Notes under the pieces: generated by a model | Told to the model about the DNA's origin: nothing | What the model saw: only the letters and a program-made list of their open reading frames with translations | The model's database searches: none | Translations under genes and position numbers: made by a program | Source: Eledone cirrhosa | Taxonomy: Eukaryota | DNA length: 64,000 nucleotides | Assembly (NCBI GenBank): GCA_964016885.1 | Contig: OZ024743.1 | Location: forward strand, 94,054,001-94,118,000 | Direction: 5' to 3' | Shown here: in pieces, positions 36,724 to 50,800 of the stretch | Numbering within the stretch: the first letter of the stretch is position 1 | How the letters are laid out: every line of letters begins with the position of its first letter

Positions 36724-37557
36724 CTTTTTAAAAAATTGAGGAAAAAGAACATTAGAAATGACATTAGAATACAATGAATTGTTTTAATAAAATAGCATGA
36801 ACACATATATTTAGTATTGACATTTGGTTTTAAGAGGGATTAATTAGAGTGCATAATTTTGTGTGGTGTGTCTCGATTGACTTTCTTAAAAACCAGAATT
36901 AGTCATTTAGTTTACATATTGAGACCACAACCTATCCTATTTATTTTATAATGCATGCAATTTGTAGTGATGTACTTTTTTGGTAATGTATGTTTTTTTA
37001 ATGTATAAAGAAAATTAATTGTCACAGGAATGCTACCACTTAAAATAAAATTTTGCCGGAGACAGGTTAACAAAATTTAAAATGTGTGTGGGTGGGGGGA
37101 CGATTATTCGAAAGCCAAAAGTAGATGGAAACTGTTTTGAAGCCCATCATGTAGACTATACCAGTAATTCAACTTTCCTTCTTCTGAGGTTGATAAAATA
37201 AAGAAAAAGTCAAGTACTGGGATAAATTTTATTGACTTTGCCGTTTCCATAAATTACTAGCCTTGTGCCTAAATTAGAATCAACTATTAACTGCTGAATC
37301 ACTGAAGACTGGGTCTTTGGTTTTACTTGTGTAGCATACCTGGCATTTGTTAATATCCCTTAAAGTCCTCACTTTCATTTAGTTGTAATCTCTTAAAAAA
37401 CAAAACAAAACAAAAAACAGTTGCGTTTCTTTAATTGTCAGCTATGATAGTTGACACCTCTCACTTGCAATTAGAGGAGTTTTCTACAGACAACAACCAC
37501 ATTTTAAGGCTCATGCAAGCTCCATGACAGGCTTATCATGAAATTTTCTTCACCCAC

Positions 37558-37870
37558 TTATTCCTGAGAGGGTCATGGGGTCAGAGTCCTCAAACACTCC
37601 TTCCAGTGGGTCCTGTCAGAAGCAACCATCTCCAACTGATCTGGCTGGATCCCTAAGCAAGAGCAGCCAAGCTCATGGATGTTATCCAACCATCTTACTC
37701 GGGGTCTCCTGCTAGTTGGTTTTGCCCATAAAATCTGACCAGCAATTCTTTCTTGAGACATTCTAACTCTATGCCCATAGTATCGGAGCTGTGATCTCTC
37801 AATTTAGAGAAGTAACAGCTTTACCTTAAGTGACTCTCTGATATCTGAGCTACGCACTCTATCATTATTT
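37558..37870 (-). mobile_element. Rex3/Expander-like RTE 3' fragment
   Basis: SQLRYYGH..RMSQERIAGQILWAKPTSRRPRVRWLDNIHELGCSCLGIQPDQLEMVASDRTHWKECLRTL resembles the Rex3 ORF C-terminus. Confidence 0.75.
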
Positions 37871-38187
37871 CAAAGACCCTTCACCCTTATCATGAAATAA
37901 TTTTTTTAAAGTAATGTTTTACATATTTAGACAGAAGCCCTTCATGATGCCAAACCATTTAGTTGTCTTTTACATGCAAGAATATGGTGTACCTATTCTA
38001 ACCCAGATCCTAACCCATGAGGAAATTAAACCTGTGTTATATTTCATACTCCTCATTGGGTCCTTTTTGAAGCAATGTTTTAAAACTAGATGCCAAACTA
38101 TTTATTTGCCATTTATGACATACAAGGATATCATGTAGCTATTCTTTAGGAATTTTCTATAGATTTAGAAATAAAAACAATTCTCAC

Positions 38188-38267
38188 TCTAGGGCTTGAA
38201 CATCTGCTATCATAGCATCAATGTAGCTGCCAAGAATCCCATCATTGAGGGCAAGTCTGATCCAAAC
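38188..38267 (-). CDS. PLEKHM1: PLEKHM1-like exon 5 (RUN domain)
   Basis: tgtag|GTT...CTAGA|gtgaga; 80 nt, phase 0->2. VWIRLALNDGILGSYIDAMIADVQAL matches the RUN motif AWLRLALNDG. Confidence 0.95.
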
Positions 38268-38638
38268 CTACAAAAATAAAGAGAGTTTGGTTAGATATTT
38301 TATTACACATAAATAAATGAGCAGACTATAAAAACCCCCTTAACTGGGGGTAGTGAATCTATGACATGCATGCCCAAGCTGGCATACAAAAACAGTTTAC
38401 TTTCAAACAAAGGGCTGAGAAGACTTGTCAGTTGTTTCAAGGACATGACACCCCCCCCCCCCCTAGTGTTGGTGCCATGATAAAATGTACCTAATACATT
38501 CTGTAAAGTGGTTGGTTTTTGGAAGAGTTTAGTAAGTTGAAAAAAATACTTGGGTTGATATGATCTACTTTAAGGTGATGTCCTAGCATGGCTGCAATCT
38601 AATGACTGAAACCAATAAAAGAGTAAGAGTCTACTTAC

Positions 38639-38734
38639 CCGACAATAGCCAACATCAGTTTTTATCTGTTTCAACTCTTGAATTTGAGCAATAACATTTT
38701 TGTGAGTGAATCGACTGACAAACTTCCAGAAGTT
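38639..38734 (-). CDS. PLEKHM1: PLEKHM1-like exon 4 (RUN domain)
   Basis: aaacag|AAC...CGG|gtaagt; 96 nt. NFWKFVSRFTHKNVIAQIQELKQIKTDVGYCR matches PLEKHM1 FW...THK.II......TDVGRCR. Confidence 0.95.
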
Positions 38735-39361
38735 CTGTTTGAAGAAAGATAGAAGTAGAAGAAATGGTGTGTAGGGTATATCATGATCATCATCATTTAA
38801 TCTATATTTTTCATGCTTGCATGGGTTAAACAAGCTGTCACATAGTGAGGTTAAACTGGTTGGGTGACCATGTCTTTCTCGTACGCAGAAATAACAATAC
38901 CATTTTTAACACTTTTGTTACCATATTTCCAATGAAAGACATTAACCCATTATTATTATAGAAGGTTTTTAGGTAAATATAAACACTTAACTCTTTCATG
39001 ATAGCATTTCTAATGAAATACACTATTTTAATTAATTAATGAAGAATTTCGAAACATTTTCTAAAATTATTAATAATTTCATTTGTAAGATAGTAAATTA
39101 ATGTAAGGTTCTTTTATAAAATTATGTTGCAAGATTTTAATATAAACTGGAAACCTCTAAAATGGGTGATTTTATTTCATAGAACCAGAGCTAGTTTTGG
39201 CTGGATTGGTAACTAAAGGGTTAAAATCACAAAATATAGCTGCCACAACACAAATAACTATAATAAAAGCTGATAATTATAAATAATAGTTAAATATATT
39301 GAGTAAAGCATTTTTGGTGATGAAAAAAGAGGGCAAATGAATAAAAATGGGATTTACTCAC

Positions 39362-39406
39362 AAGGGTTGTAACTTGGCCTGAAGTTTGCTGCATAAACAT
39401 CTTCAA
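39362..39406 (-). CDS. PLEKHM1: PLEKHM1-like exon 3 (45-nt exon)
   Basis: ttccag|TTGAAG...ACCCTT|gtgagt; phase 0->0. LKMFMQQTSGQVTTL. Strong splice sites, frame-preserving. Confidence 0.72.
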
Positions 39407-39639
39407 CTGGAAATAAAATAAAGACACTTAAATATCTCCATATTTCTGAACCTGGAGTTCAATCTGTTAGAAATAGCAAACTAATGTCCCCCTCAATTCA
39501 CTGTTCAATGATCAACCACTTTACTAAGTGTGTGTTCAAATTTTAATACAGCTAATATGATCATGAAACCAAGTGATTGAAATTGGGTTCCTCCAAAGAG
39601 TCTTTGGGGTAATGTTATTTGATAGAATATGTAGCTCGG

Positions 39640-39960
39640 AGGTCAGAGAGTGACTCCAGGTAGAGCTGCTACTTCTTCAAATTAAGAGATCACAGCTCTG
39701 ATACTATGGGTATGTGGTTAGAATGTCTCAGGAAAAAATTACTGGACAGATTTTACGGGCAAAACCAACTGGCAGGAGATCCAGGGGTAGACTCCAAGCA
39801 AGATGGTTGGATAACATCCATGAGCTTGGCTGGTCACGCTTGGAGATCCAGCCAGATCAATAGGAGACAGTTGCTTCTGACAGGGCCCACTGGAAGGAGT
39901 GTTTGAGGACTCTGCCTCCCCCCGACACTATCAGGAACAAGTGGCCAAAGAAGAAGAACA
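39640..39960 (+). mobile_element. Rex3/Expander-like RTE 3' fragment (inverted relative to 37558-37870)
   Basis: Colinear reverse-complement match to 37558-37850. Confidence 0.78.
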
Positions 39961-40018
39961 GTAAAGGATGAAGGACCAGAAGAACTTTCCCAAATAATAA
40001 ATATGAAGGATATTTTAC

Positions 40019-40097
40019 CTTGTGTGCTACAGGTTCTTTAAGCCCATGAAGGAATATAGCTTCAAGAATGTCACAAAGTCGGTTGGACAGTTCATTA
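40019..40097 (-). CDS. PLEKHM1: PLEKHM1-like exon 2 (RUN domain)
   Basis: tgtag|T...CACAAG|gtaaaa; 79 nt, phase 2->0. SNELSNRLCDILEAIFLHGLKEPVAHK contains the RUN block LC..LE.IF.HGL. Confidence 0.92.
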
Positions 40098-40189
40098 CTA
40101 CAATAAAAGGAATAAAATAATAAATAGCCCTGAAAGAAATATTTGTAGCATAGTTTTTCATTTAGAAACTGGTTGTATTGCATGTACGT

Positions 40190-40445
40190 ATCATCATCAT
40201 TGTTTTCCAAACTAGCTTGGGTAGGACAGGTTGTTACAGCAGGACTGGAAGGGTTAGAGAACACTGGCTTGCTTGTATGTTCAATTTTTGGCATGGTTTC
40301 TATGACAAACATTTTACAGAATCTACTATGTGCATTTTATCCTGTCACCAGCACTACTACTTTACAAACTGTACTGGGTATATTCTATTGTGGCACCAGT
40401 ACTGTCACTTACAGAGTGTACTGGATGCATTTTTTCGTCACCACC
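40190..40445 (-). mobile_element. Old RTE-3'UTR-like fragment with ~45-bp units
   Basis: (ATC)n tail and repeated TTACAGAGTGTACTGG. Confidence 0.55.
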
Positions 40446-40689
40446 ACACTAGGGTTACTGTTGCATCTCCAGCAGCATGGATGGAGAGAGAAAGAGAGGG
40501 GCAGTAATGGAGGATAGGAATGCATTCAAAATGTAGAATGCTTCTCTGTTGCCCTCTAGTCATGATTATCCATGGGTTTGCATTGAAAAAATCCCTCTCC
40601 AAAGTACAGGCCTGGGCAAAGTGTTTTGTGGAAAACTAACAGTCATCCATGCAGTCACTCAAATAAGTACAAGCAGTAGCAAGGGGTTT

Positions 40690-40820
40690 ATTTAACCTTG
40701 CAATGGACTGGCATCCTGTCCAGCGGGAAGTCTTGTACTCTCAGTCACTTAATGCTACGGAAACCGGGATAAACAGTGGCCTGATGTACCTTGAGGCCTG
40801 TGACAGACTTTAGACTTAGA
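40690..40820 (+). mobile_element. SINE body/tail fragment (third family)
   Basis: CCTTGCAATGGACTGGCATCCTGTCCAG...ATGCTACGGAAACCGG resembles a widespread invertebrate SINE body; short-repeat tail AGACTTTAGACTT. Confidence 0.5.
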
Positions 40821-41243
40821 CATGCAGACCAGTTTTCCTTCTACACACCACCAATGTTGTCCAGGTGAAGGGCAAAGACCGATACAGCTTGACATCAGTG
40901 TTGTCACAACTCATATAAACACTATATACACAATATATGATGTTATCTAAGGGAAAGGCAAAGGTTGATACAGTTTGACGCAGTGTCATTGCCAGTCATT
41001 TTTACTAGCTTAAATAAAGCTAGTAAAAATAAAGCATTTTGCACAAGGGCACAACATACAGCTCAATCCAGAAATCAAACTCATGACCTCTCGATTGTGA
41101 GCCAAACACTTCGACAACTAAAACACGTGCCTCACTAAACTCTAAATATAGACACCAATAAAAGAGGACAACCCTTGTTTATATATGTTGTTTCAAATAA
41201 ACAGAAAAAGGTTTTGTGAAAATAAACGAAGTTATTTACTGAC

Positions 41244-41346
41244 CTTTGCACTGGTTCATCAAACATCTGTGAGGCTTGTAAAGCTTTTAAAGTTTTAGAA
41301 AGTTCTTTGGTAATTTTGATTTTTCTGGCATTTTCTTTTTCTTCAT
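41244..41346 (-). CDS. PLEKHM1: PLEKHM1-like coding exon 1 of 14 in window (N-terminus, start of RUN region)
   Basis: tttag|ATGAAG...GCAAAG|gtcagt; 103 nt, phase 1->2. Encodes (D)EEKENARKIKITKELSKTLKALQASQMFDEPVQ, resembling the PLEKHM1 N-terminal IKKKL..SVKALQ helix. The ATG at the exon start is out of frame, so an upstream exon is needed. Confidence 0.8.
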
Positions 41347-41889
41347 CTAAATAGAAACAAACAAACAAAAATCTGAAAACTATACAAGGTAAACATTATT
41401 TAACACTGATGTAAATTATTAAAAGTTGTGTGAAGACCATAACTCTCTCCCTTGTGCTAGTACCAGGATAAATTATACTCAGTATACCATGTAAAGTGGT
41501 TGGTGTTAGAAAGAGCCTCCAGTTGTAGAGACCATGCTAAACAAAGGGGTAAGACAACTCATAAATTGTGTTAAAGACATGACAACCGATGCAATGCTTG
41601 CATTACACAATCCTAAAGTGCATATACTTACGGCTGGGCTTGTGAAACCAATCACCCGAAAAAACTCCATTTAAATGAACTTACACCATAAATTCCTTCG
41701 AATGGAGCCAGCTCAACCCACTCTGGGTGAATGCCGCCACAAGTAGAAGTGCAAGTAAGTAACCTCCCTACTCATGGGTGCATTTTGTAATACCAATTAC
41801 ATTACATGGTGTACTGGGTGTAATTTATCACGGCAGTAGGACTAGAAAGGTTGCCATGTATTTGACACAACCGAAGAGTCCTCTCACGT

Positions 41890-44800
41890 TACAATGACAT
41901 CACAACACTATCAACTGTCACATTACAATAACAGACATCACAAAACTATATACAGTCACATTACAATGACAGACATCACAACACGATATACACTGACATC
42001 ACAGCAATATATAGTCACATTACAATGATATCACAACACTATCAACAGTCACATGACAGTGGCACACATCACAACACTATCAACAGTCACATTACATTAC
42101 AGTAACACACATCACAACACTATCAACAGTCACATAACAGTGGCACACATCACAACACAGTGGCACACATCACAACACTATCAATAGTCACATGACAGTG
42201 GCACACATCACAACACTATCAAGAGTCACATGACAGTAACACAAATCACAACACTATAAACAGTCACATGACAGTAACACATATCACAACACTATCAACA
42301 GTCACATGACAGTGGCACAGATAACAACACTATCAACAGTCACATTACTGTGGCACACATCACAACACTATCAACAGTCACATGACAGTGGCACACTCAC
42401 AACACTATCAACAGTCACATGACAGTGGCACACATCACAACACTATCAACAGTCACATTACTGTGGGACACATCACAACACTATCAACAGTCACATGACA
42501 GTGGCACACTCACAACACTATCAACAGTCACATGGCAGTAACACACATCACAACACTATCAACAGTCACATTACAGTGGCACACATCACAACACTATCAA
42601 CAGTCATATTACTGTGGGACACATCACAACACTATAAACAGTCACATGACAGTGGCACACTCACAACACTATCAACAGTCACGATACAGTGGCACACATC
42701 ACAACACTATCAACAGTCACATGACAGTGGCACAAATCACAACACAATCAACAGTCACATTACTGTGGGACACATCACAACACTATCAACAGTCACATGA
42801 CACTGGCACACATCACAACACTATCAACAGTCACATGACAGTAACACACATCACAACACTATCATCAATCACATTACAGTAGCACACATCACAACACTAT
42901 CAAGTCACATGACAGTGGCACACATCACAACACTATCAGCAGTCACATGACAGTGGTACACTCACAAACACTATCAACAGTCACATGACAGTAACACACA
43001 TCACAACACTATCAACAGTCACTTGACAGTGGAACACATCACAACACTATCAACAGTCACATGACAGTGGCACACATCACAACACTATCAACAGTCACAT
43101 GACAGTGGCACACATCACAACACTATCAACAGTCACATGACAGTGGCACACATCACAACACTATCAACAGTCACATGACAGTGGCACATATCACAACACC
43201 ATCAACAGTCACATGACAGTGGCACACATCACAACACTATCAACAGTCACATGACAGTGGCATACATCACAAAACTATCAACAGTCACATGACAGTGGCA
43301 CACATCACAACACTATCAACAGTCACACAACAGTGGCACACATCACAACACTATCAACAGTCACATGACAGTAACACACATTACAACACTATCAACAGTC
43401 ACATGACAGTAACACACATCACAACACTATCAACCATCTCATGACATTAACACACATCACAACACTATCAACAGTCACATGACAGTGGCACACATCACAA
43501 CACTATCAACAGTCACATGACAGTGGCACATATGACAACACTATCAACCGTCTCATGACATTAACACACATCACAACACTATCAACAGTCACATGACAGT
43601 GGCACATATCACAACACTATCAACAGTCACATTACAGTGGTACACTCACAACACTATCAACAGTCACATTACAGTGGTACACATCACAACACTATCAACA
43701 GTCACATAACAGTGGCACACATCACAACACTATCAACAGTCACAATACAGTGGCACACATCACAACACTATCAATAGTCACATGACAGTGGCACACATCA
43801 CAACACTATCAAGAGTCACATGACAGTAACACAAATCACAACACTATAAACAGTCACATGACAGTAACACATATCACAACACTATCAACAGTCACATGAC
43901 AGTGGCACAGATAACAACACTATCAACAGTCACATTACTGTGGCACACATCACAACACTATCAACAGTCACATGACAGTGGCACACTCACAACACTATCA
44001 ACAGTCACATGACAGTGGCACACATCACAACACTATCAACAGTCACATTACTGTGGGACACATCACAACACTATCAACAGTCACATGACAGTGGCACACT
44101 CACAACACTATCAACAGTCACATGGCAGTAACACACATCACAACACTATCAACAGTCACATTACAGTGGCACACATCACAACACTATCAACAGTCACATT
44201 ACTGTGGGACACATCACAACACTATAAACAGTCACATGACAGTGGCACACTCACAACACTATCAACAGTCACGATACAGTGGCACACATCACAACACTAT
44301 CAACAGTCACATGACAGTGGCACAAATCACAACACAATCAACAGTCACATTACTGTGGGACACATCACAACACTATCAACAGTCACATGACACTGGCACA
44401 CATCACAACACTATCAACAGTCACATGACAGTAACACACATCACAACACTATCATCAATCACATTACAGTAGCACACATCACAACACTATCAAGTCACAT
44501 GACAGTGGCACACATCACAACACTATCAGCAGTCACATGACAGTGGTACACTCACAAACACTATCAACAGTCACATGACAGTAACACACATCACAACACT
44601 ATCAACAGTCACTTGACAGTGGAACACATCACAACACTATCAACAGTCACATGACAGTGGCACACATCACAACACTATCAACAGTCACATGACAGTGGCA
44701 CACATCACAACACTATCAACAGTCACATGACAGTGGCACACATCACAACACTATCAACAGTCACATGACAGTGGCACATATCACAACACCATCAACAGTC

Positions 44801-47800
44801 ACATGACAGTGGCACACATCACAACACTATCAACAGTCACATGACAGTGGCATACATCACAAAACTATCAACAGTCACATGACAGTGGCACACATCACAA
44901 CACTATCAACAGTCACACAACAGTGGCACACATCACAACACTATCAACAGTCACATGACAGTAACACACATTACAACACTATCAACAGTCACATGACAGT
45001 AACACACATCACAACACTATCAACCATCTCATGACATTAACACACATCACAACACTATCAACAGTCACATGACAGTGGCACACATCACAACACTATCAAC
45101 AGTCACATGACAGTGGCACATATGACAACACTATCAACCGTCTCATGACATTAACACACATCACAACACTATCAACAGTCACATGACAGTGGCACATATC
45201 ACAACACTATCAACAGTCACATTACAGTGGTACACTCACAACACTATCAACAGTCACATTACAGTGGTACACATCACAACACTATCAACAGTCACATGAC
45301 AGTGGCACACTCACAACACTATAAGCAGTCACATGACAGTGGCACACATCACAACACTATCAACAGTCACATGACAGTGGTACATATCACAACACTATCA
45401 ACAGTCACATTACAGTGGCACACATCACAACACTATCAACAGTCACATTACTGTGGCACACATCACAACACTATCAACAGTCACATGACAGTCACACACA
45501 TCACAACACTATCAACTGTCACATTACAGTGGCACATATCACAACACTATCAACAGTCACATGACAGTGGCACACGCACAACACTATCAAACAGTCACAT
45601 GACAGTAACACACATCACAACACTATCAACAGTCACATTACAGTGGCACACATCACAACACTAGCAACAGTCACATGACAGTGGCACATTTCAAAACACT
45701 ATCAACCGTCTCATGACATTAACACACATCACAACACTATCAACAGTCACATGACAGTGGTACATATCACAACACTATCAACAGTCACATTACAGTGGCA
45801 CACATCACAACACTATCAACAGTCACATGACAGTGGCACACATCACAACACTATCAACAGTCACATTACTGTGGCACACATCACAACACTATCAACAGTC
45901 ACATGACAGTGGCACATTTCAAAACACTATCAACAGTCACATGACAGTAACACACATCACAACACTATCAACAGTGACATGACAGTGGCACACATCACAA
46001 CACTATTAACAGTCACATGACAGTGGGACATATCACAACACCATCAACAGTCACATTACAGTGGCACACGCACAACACTATCAACAGTCACATGACAGTA
46101 ACACACATCACAACACTATCAACAGTCACATGACAGTGGCACACATCACAACATTATCAACAGTCACATTACAGTGGCACACATCACAACACTATCATCA
46201 GTCACATGACAGTGGCACACATCACAACACTATCAACAGTCACATGACAGTAACACACATCACAACACTATCAACAGTCACATGACAGTGGCACACATCA
46301 CAACACTATCAACAGTCACATTACAGTGGCACACGCACAACACTATCAACAGTCACATGACAGTAACACACATCACAACACTATCAACAGTCACATTACA
46401 GTGGCACATATCACAACACTATCAACAGTCACATTACAGTGGCACACATCACAACACTATCAACAGTCACATGACAGTGGTACATGCACAACACTATCAA
46501 CAGCCACATGACAGTAACACACATCACAACACTATCAACAGTCACATGACAGTGGCACACATCACAAGACTATCAACAGTGACATGACACTGGCACACAT
46601 CACAACACTATCAACAGTCCCACAACAGTGGCACACATCACAACACTATCAACAGTCACATGACAGTAACACACATCACAACACTATCAACAGTCACATT
46701 ACTGTGGCACATATCACAACACTATCAACAGTCACTTTACAGTGACACACGTCACAACACTATCAACAGTCACATGACAGTGGCACATATCACAAGACTA
46801 TCAACAGTCACATGACAGTGACATACATCACAACACTATCAACAGTCCCACAACAGTGGCACACATCACAACACTATCAACAGTCACATGACAGTGGCAC
46901 ATATCACAACACTATCAACAGTCACATTACTGTGGCACATATCACAACACTATCAACAGTCACTTTACAGTGACACACATCACAACACTATCAACAGTCA
47001 CATGACAGTGGCACATATCACAACACTATCAACAGTCACATGACAGTGGCACACATCACAACACTATCAACAGTCACATTACAGTGGCACACATCACAAC
47101 ACTATCAACAGTCACATTACTGTGGCACACATCACAACACTATCAACAGTCACATGACAGTAACACACATCACAACACTATCAACAGTCACATTACTGTG
47201 GCACATATCACAACACTATCAACAGTCACTTTACAGTGGCACACATCACAACACTATCAACAGTCACATTACAGTGGCACACATCACAACACTATCAACA
47301 GTCACATTACTGTGGCACACATCACAACACTATCAACAGTCACATGACAGTAACACACATCACAACACTATCAACAGTCACATGACAGTAACACACATCA
47401 CAACACTATCAACAGACACATGACAGTGGCACACATCACAACACTATCAACAGTCCCACAACAGTGGCACACATCACAACACTATCAACAGTCACATAAC
47501 AGTAACACACATCACAAAACTATCAACAGTCACATGACAGTAACACACATCAAAACACTATCAACAGTCACATGACAGTGGCACATATCACAACACTATC
47601 AACCGTCTCATGACATTAACACACATCACAACACTATCAACAATCACATGACAGTGGCACATATCACAACACTATCAACAGTCACATTACAATAACACAC
47701 ATCACAACACTATCAACAGTCACATGACAGTGGCACACATCACAACACTATCAACAGTCACATTACAGTGGCACACATCACAACACTATCAACAGTCACA

Positions 47801-50800
47801 TGACAGTGGCACACGCACAACACTATCAACAGTCACATGACAGTAACACACATCACAACACTATCAACAGTCACATTACAGTGGCACATATCACAACACT
47901 ATCAACAGTCACATGACAGTGGGACACATCACAACACTATCAACAGTCACATGACAGTCGCACACTCACAACACTATCAAACAGTCACATGACAGTAACA
48001 CACATCACAACACTATCAACAGTCACATGACAGTCGCACACTCACAACACTATCAAACAGTCACATGACAGTAACACACATCACAACACTATCAACAGTC
48101 ACATGACAGTCGCACACTCACAACACTATCAAACAGTCACATGACAGTAACACACATCACAACACTATCAACAGTCACATGACAGTGGCACATATCACAA
48201 CACTATCAACAGTCACATGACAGTAACACACATAACAACACTATCAACAGTCACATGACAGTGGCACACTCACAACACTATAAGCAGTCACATGACAGTG
48301 GCACACATCACAACACTATCAACAGTCACATGACAGTGGTACATATCATAACACTATCAACAGTCACTTTACAGTGACACACATCACAACACTATCAACA
48401 GTCACATTACAGTGGCACACATCACAACTCTATCAACAGTCACATGACAGTGGCACACATCACAACACTATCAACAGTCACATGACAGTGGGACACATCA
48501 CAACACTATCAACAGTCACATGACAGTGGGACACATCACAACACTATCAACAGTCACATTACTGTGGCAAACATCACAACACTATCAACAGTCACGTGAC
48601 AGTGGCACACATCACAACACTATCAAGAGTGACATGACAGTAACACACATCCCAACACTATCAACAGTCACATTACAGTGGCACACATAACAAAACTATC
48701 AACAGTCACATGACAGTGGCACACATCACGACACTATCAACAGTCACATGACAGTAACACACATCACAACACTATCAACAGTCACATGACAGTAACACAC
48801 ATCACAACACTATCAACAGTCACATTACTGTGGCACACATCACAACACTATCAACAGTCACATTACTGTGGCACACATCACAACACTATCAACAGTCACG
48901 TGACAGTGGCACACATCACAACACTATCAATAGTCACATGACCGTAACACACATCCCAACACTATCAACAGTCACATGACAGTGGCACACATAACACTAT
49001 CAACAGTCACATGACAGTAACACACATCACAACACTATCAACAGTCACATGACAGTAACACACATCACAACACTATCAACAGTCACATGACAGTGTAACA
49101 CATCACAACACTATCAACAGTCCCACAACAGTGGCACACATCACAACACTATCAACAGTCACATGACAGTAACACACATCACAACACTATCAACAGTCAC
49201 ATGACAGTAACACACATCACAACACTATCAACAGTCACTTGACAGTGGAACACATCACAACACTATCAACAGTCACATGACAGTGGCACACATCACAACA
49301 CTATCAACAGTCACATGACAGTGGCACACATCACAACACTATCAACAGTCACATGACAGTGGCACACATCACAACACTATCAACAGTCACATGACAGTGG
49401 CACATATCACAACACCATCAACAGTCACATGACAGTGGCACACATCACAACACTATCAACAGTCACATGACAGTGGCATACATCACAAAACTATCAACAG
49501 TCACATGACAGTGGCACACATCACAACACTATCAACAGTCACACAACAGTGGCACACATCACAACACTATCAACAGTCACATGACAGTAACACACATTAC
49601 AACACTATCAACAGTCACATGACAGTAACACACATCACAACACTATCAACCATCTCATGACATTAACACACATCACAACACTATCAACAGTCACATGACA
49701 GTGGCACACATCACAACACTATCAACAGTCACATGACAGTGGCACATATGACAACACTATCAACCGTCTCATGACATTAACACACATCACAACACTATCA
49801 ACAGTCACATGACAGTGGCACATATCACAACACTATCAACAGTCACATTACAGTGGTACACTCACAACACTATCAACAGTCACATTACAGTGGTACACAT
49901 CACAACACTATCAACAGTCACAATACAGTGGCACACATCACAACACTATCAATAGTCACATGACAGTGGCACACATCACAACACTATCAAGAGTCACATG
50001 ACAGTAACACAAATCACAACACTATAAACAGTCACATGACAGTAACACATATCACAACACTATCAACAGTCACATGACAGTGGCACAGATAACAACACTA
50101 TCAACAGTCACATTACTGTGGCACACATCACAACACTATCAACAGTCACATGACAGTGGCACACTCACAACACTATCAACAGTCACATGACAGTGGCACA
50201 CATCACAACACTATCAACAGTCACATTACTGTGGGACACATCACAACACTATCAACAGTCACATGACAGTGGCACACTCACAACACTATCAACAGTCACA
50301 TGGCAGTAACACACATCACAACACTATCAACAGTCACATTACAGTGGCACACATCACAACACTATCAACAGTCACATTACTGTGGGACACATCACAACAC
50401 TATAAACAGTCACATGACAGTGGCACACTCACAACACTATCAACAGTCACGATACAGTGGCACACATCACAACACTATCAACAGTCACATGACAGTGGCA
50501 CAAATCACAACACAATCAACAGTCACATTACTGTGGGACACATCACAACACTATCAACAGTCACATGACACTGGCACACATCACAACACTATCAACAGTC
50601 ACATGACAGTAACACACATCACAACACTATCATCAATCACATTACAGTAGCACACATCACAACACTATCAAGTCACATGACAGTGGCACACATCACAACA
50701 CTATCAGCAGTCACATGACAGTGGTACACTCACAAACACTATCAACAGTCACATGACAGTAACACACATCACAACACTATCAACAGTCACTTGACAGTGG

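Noticed and set aside
41287-41346. ATG at the exon start as the gene's start codon
   Set aside because: That frame stops after 19 codons; the RUN-compatible frame is different.
41790-42060. Origin of the 38-bp satellite from the RTE 48-bp minisatellite
   Set aside because: Only loose similarity (CACAAC-CACT-ACAGT) in low-complexity A/C-rich sequence, with no transitional units at the array edge.
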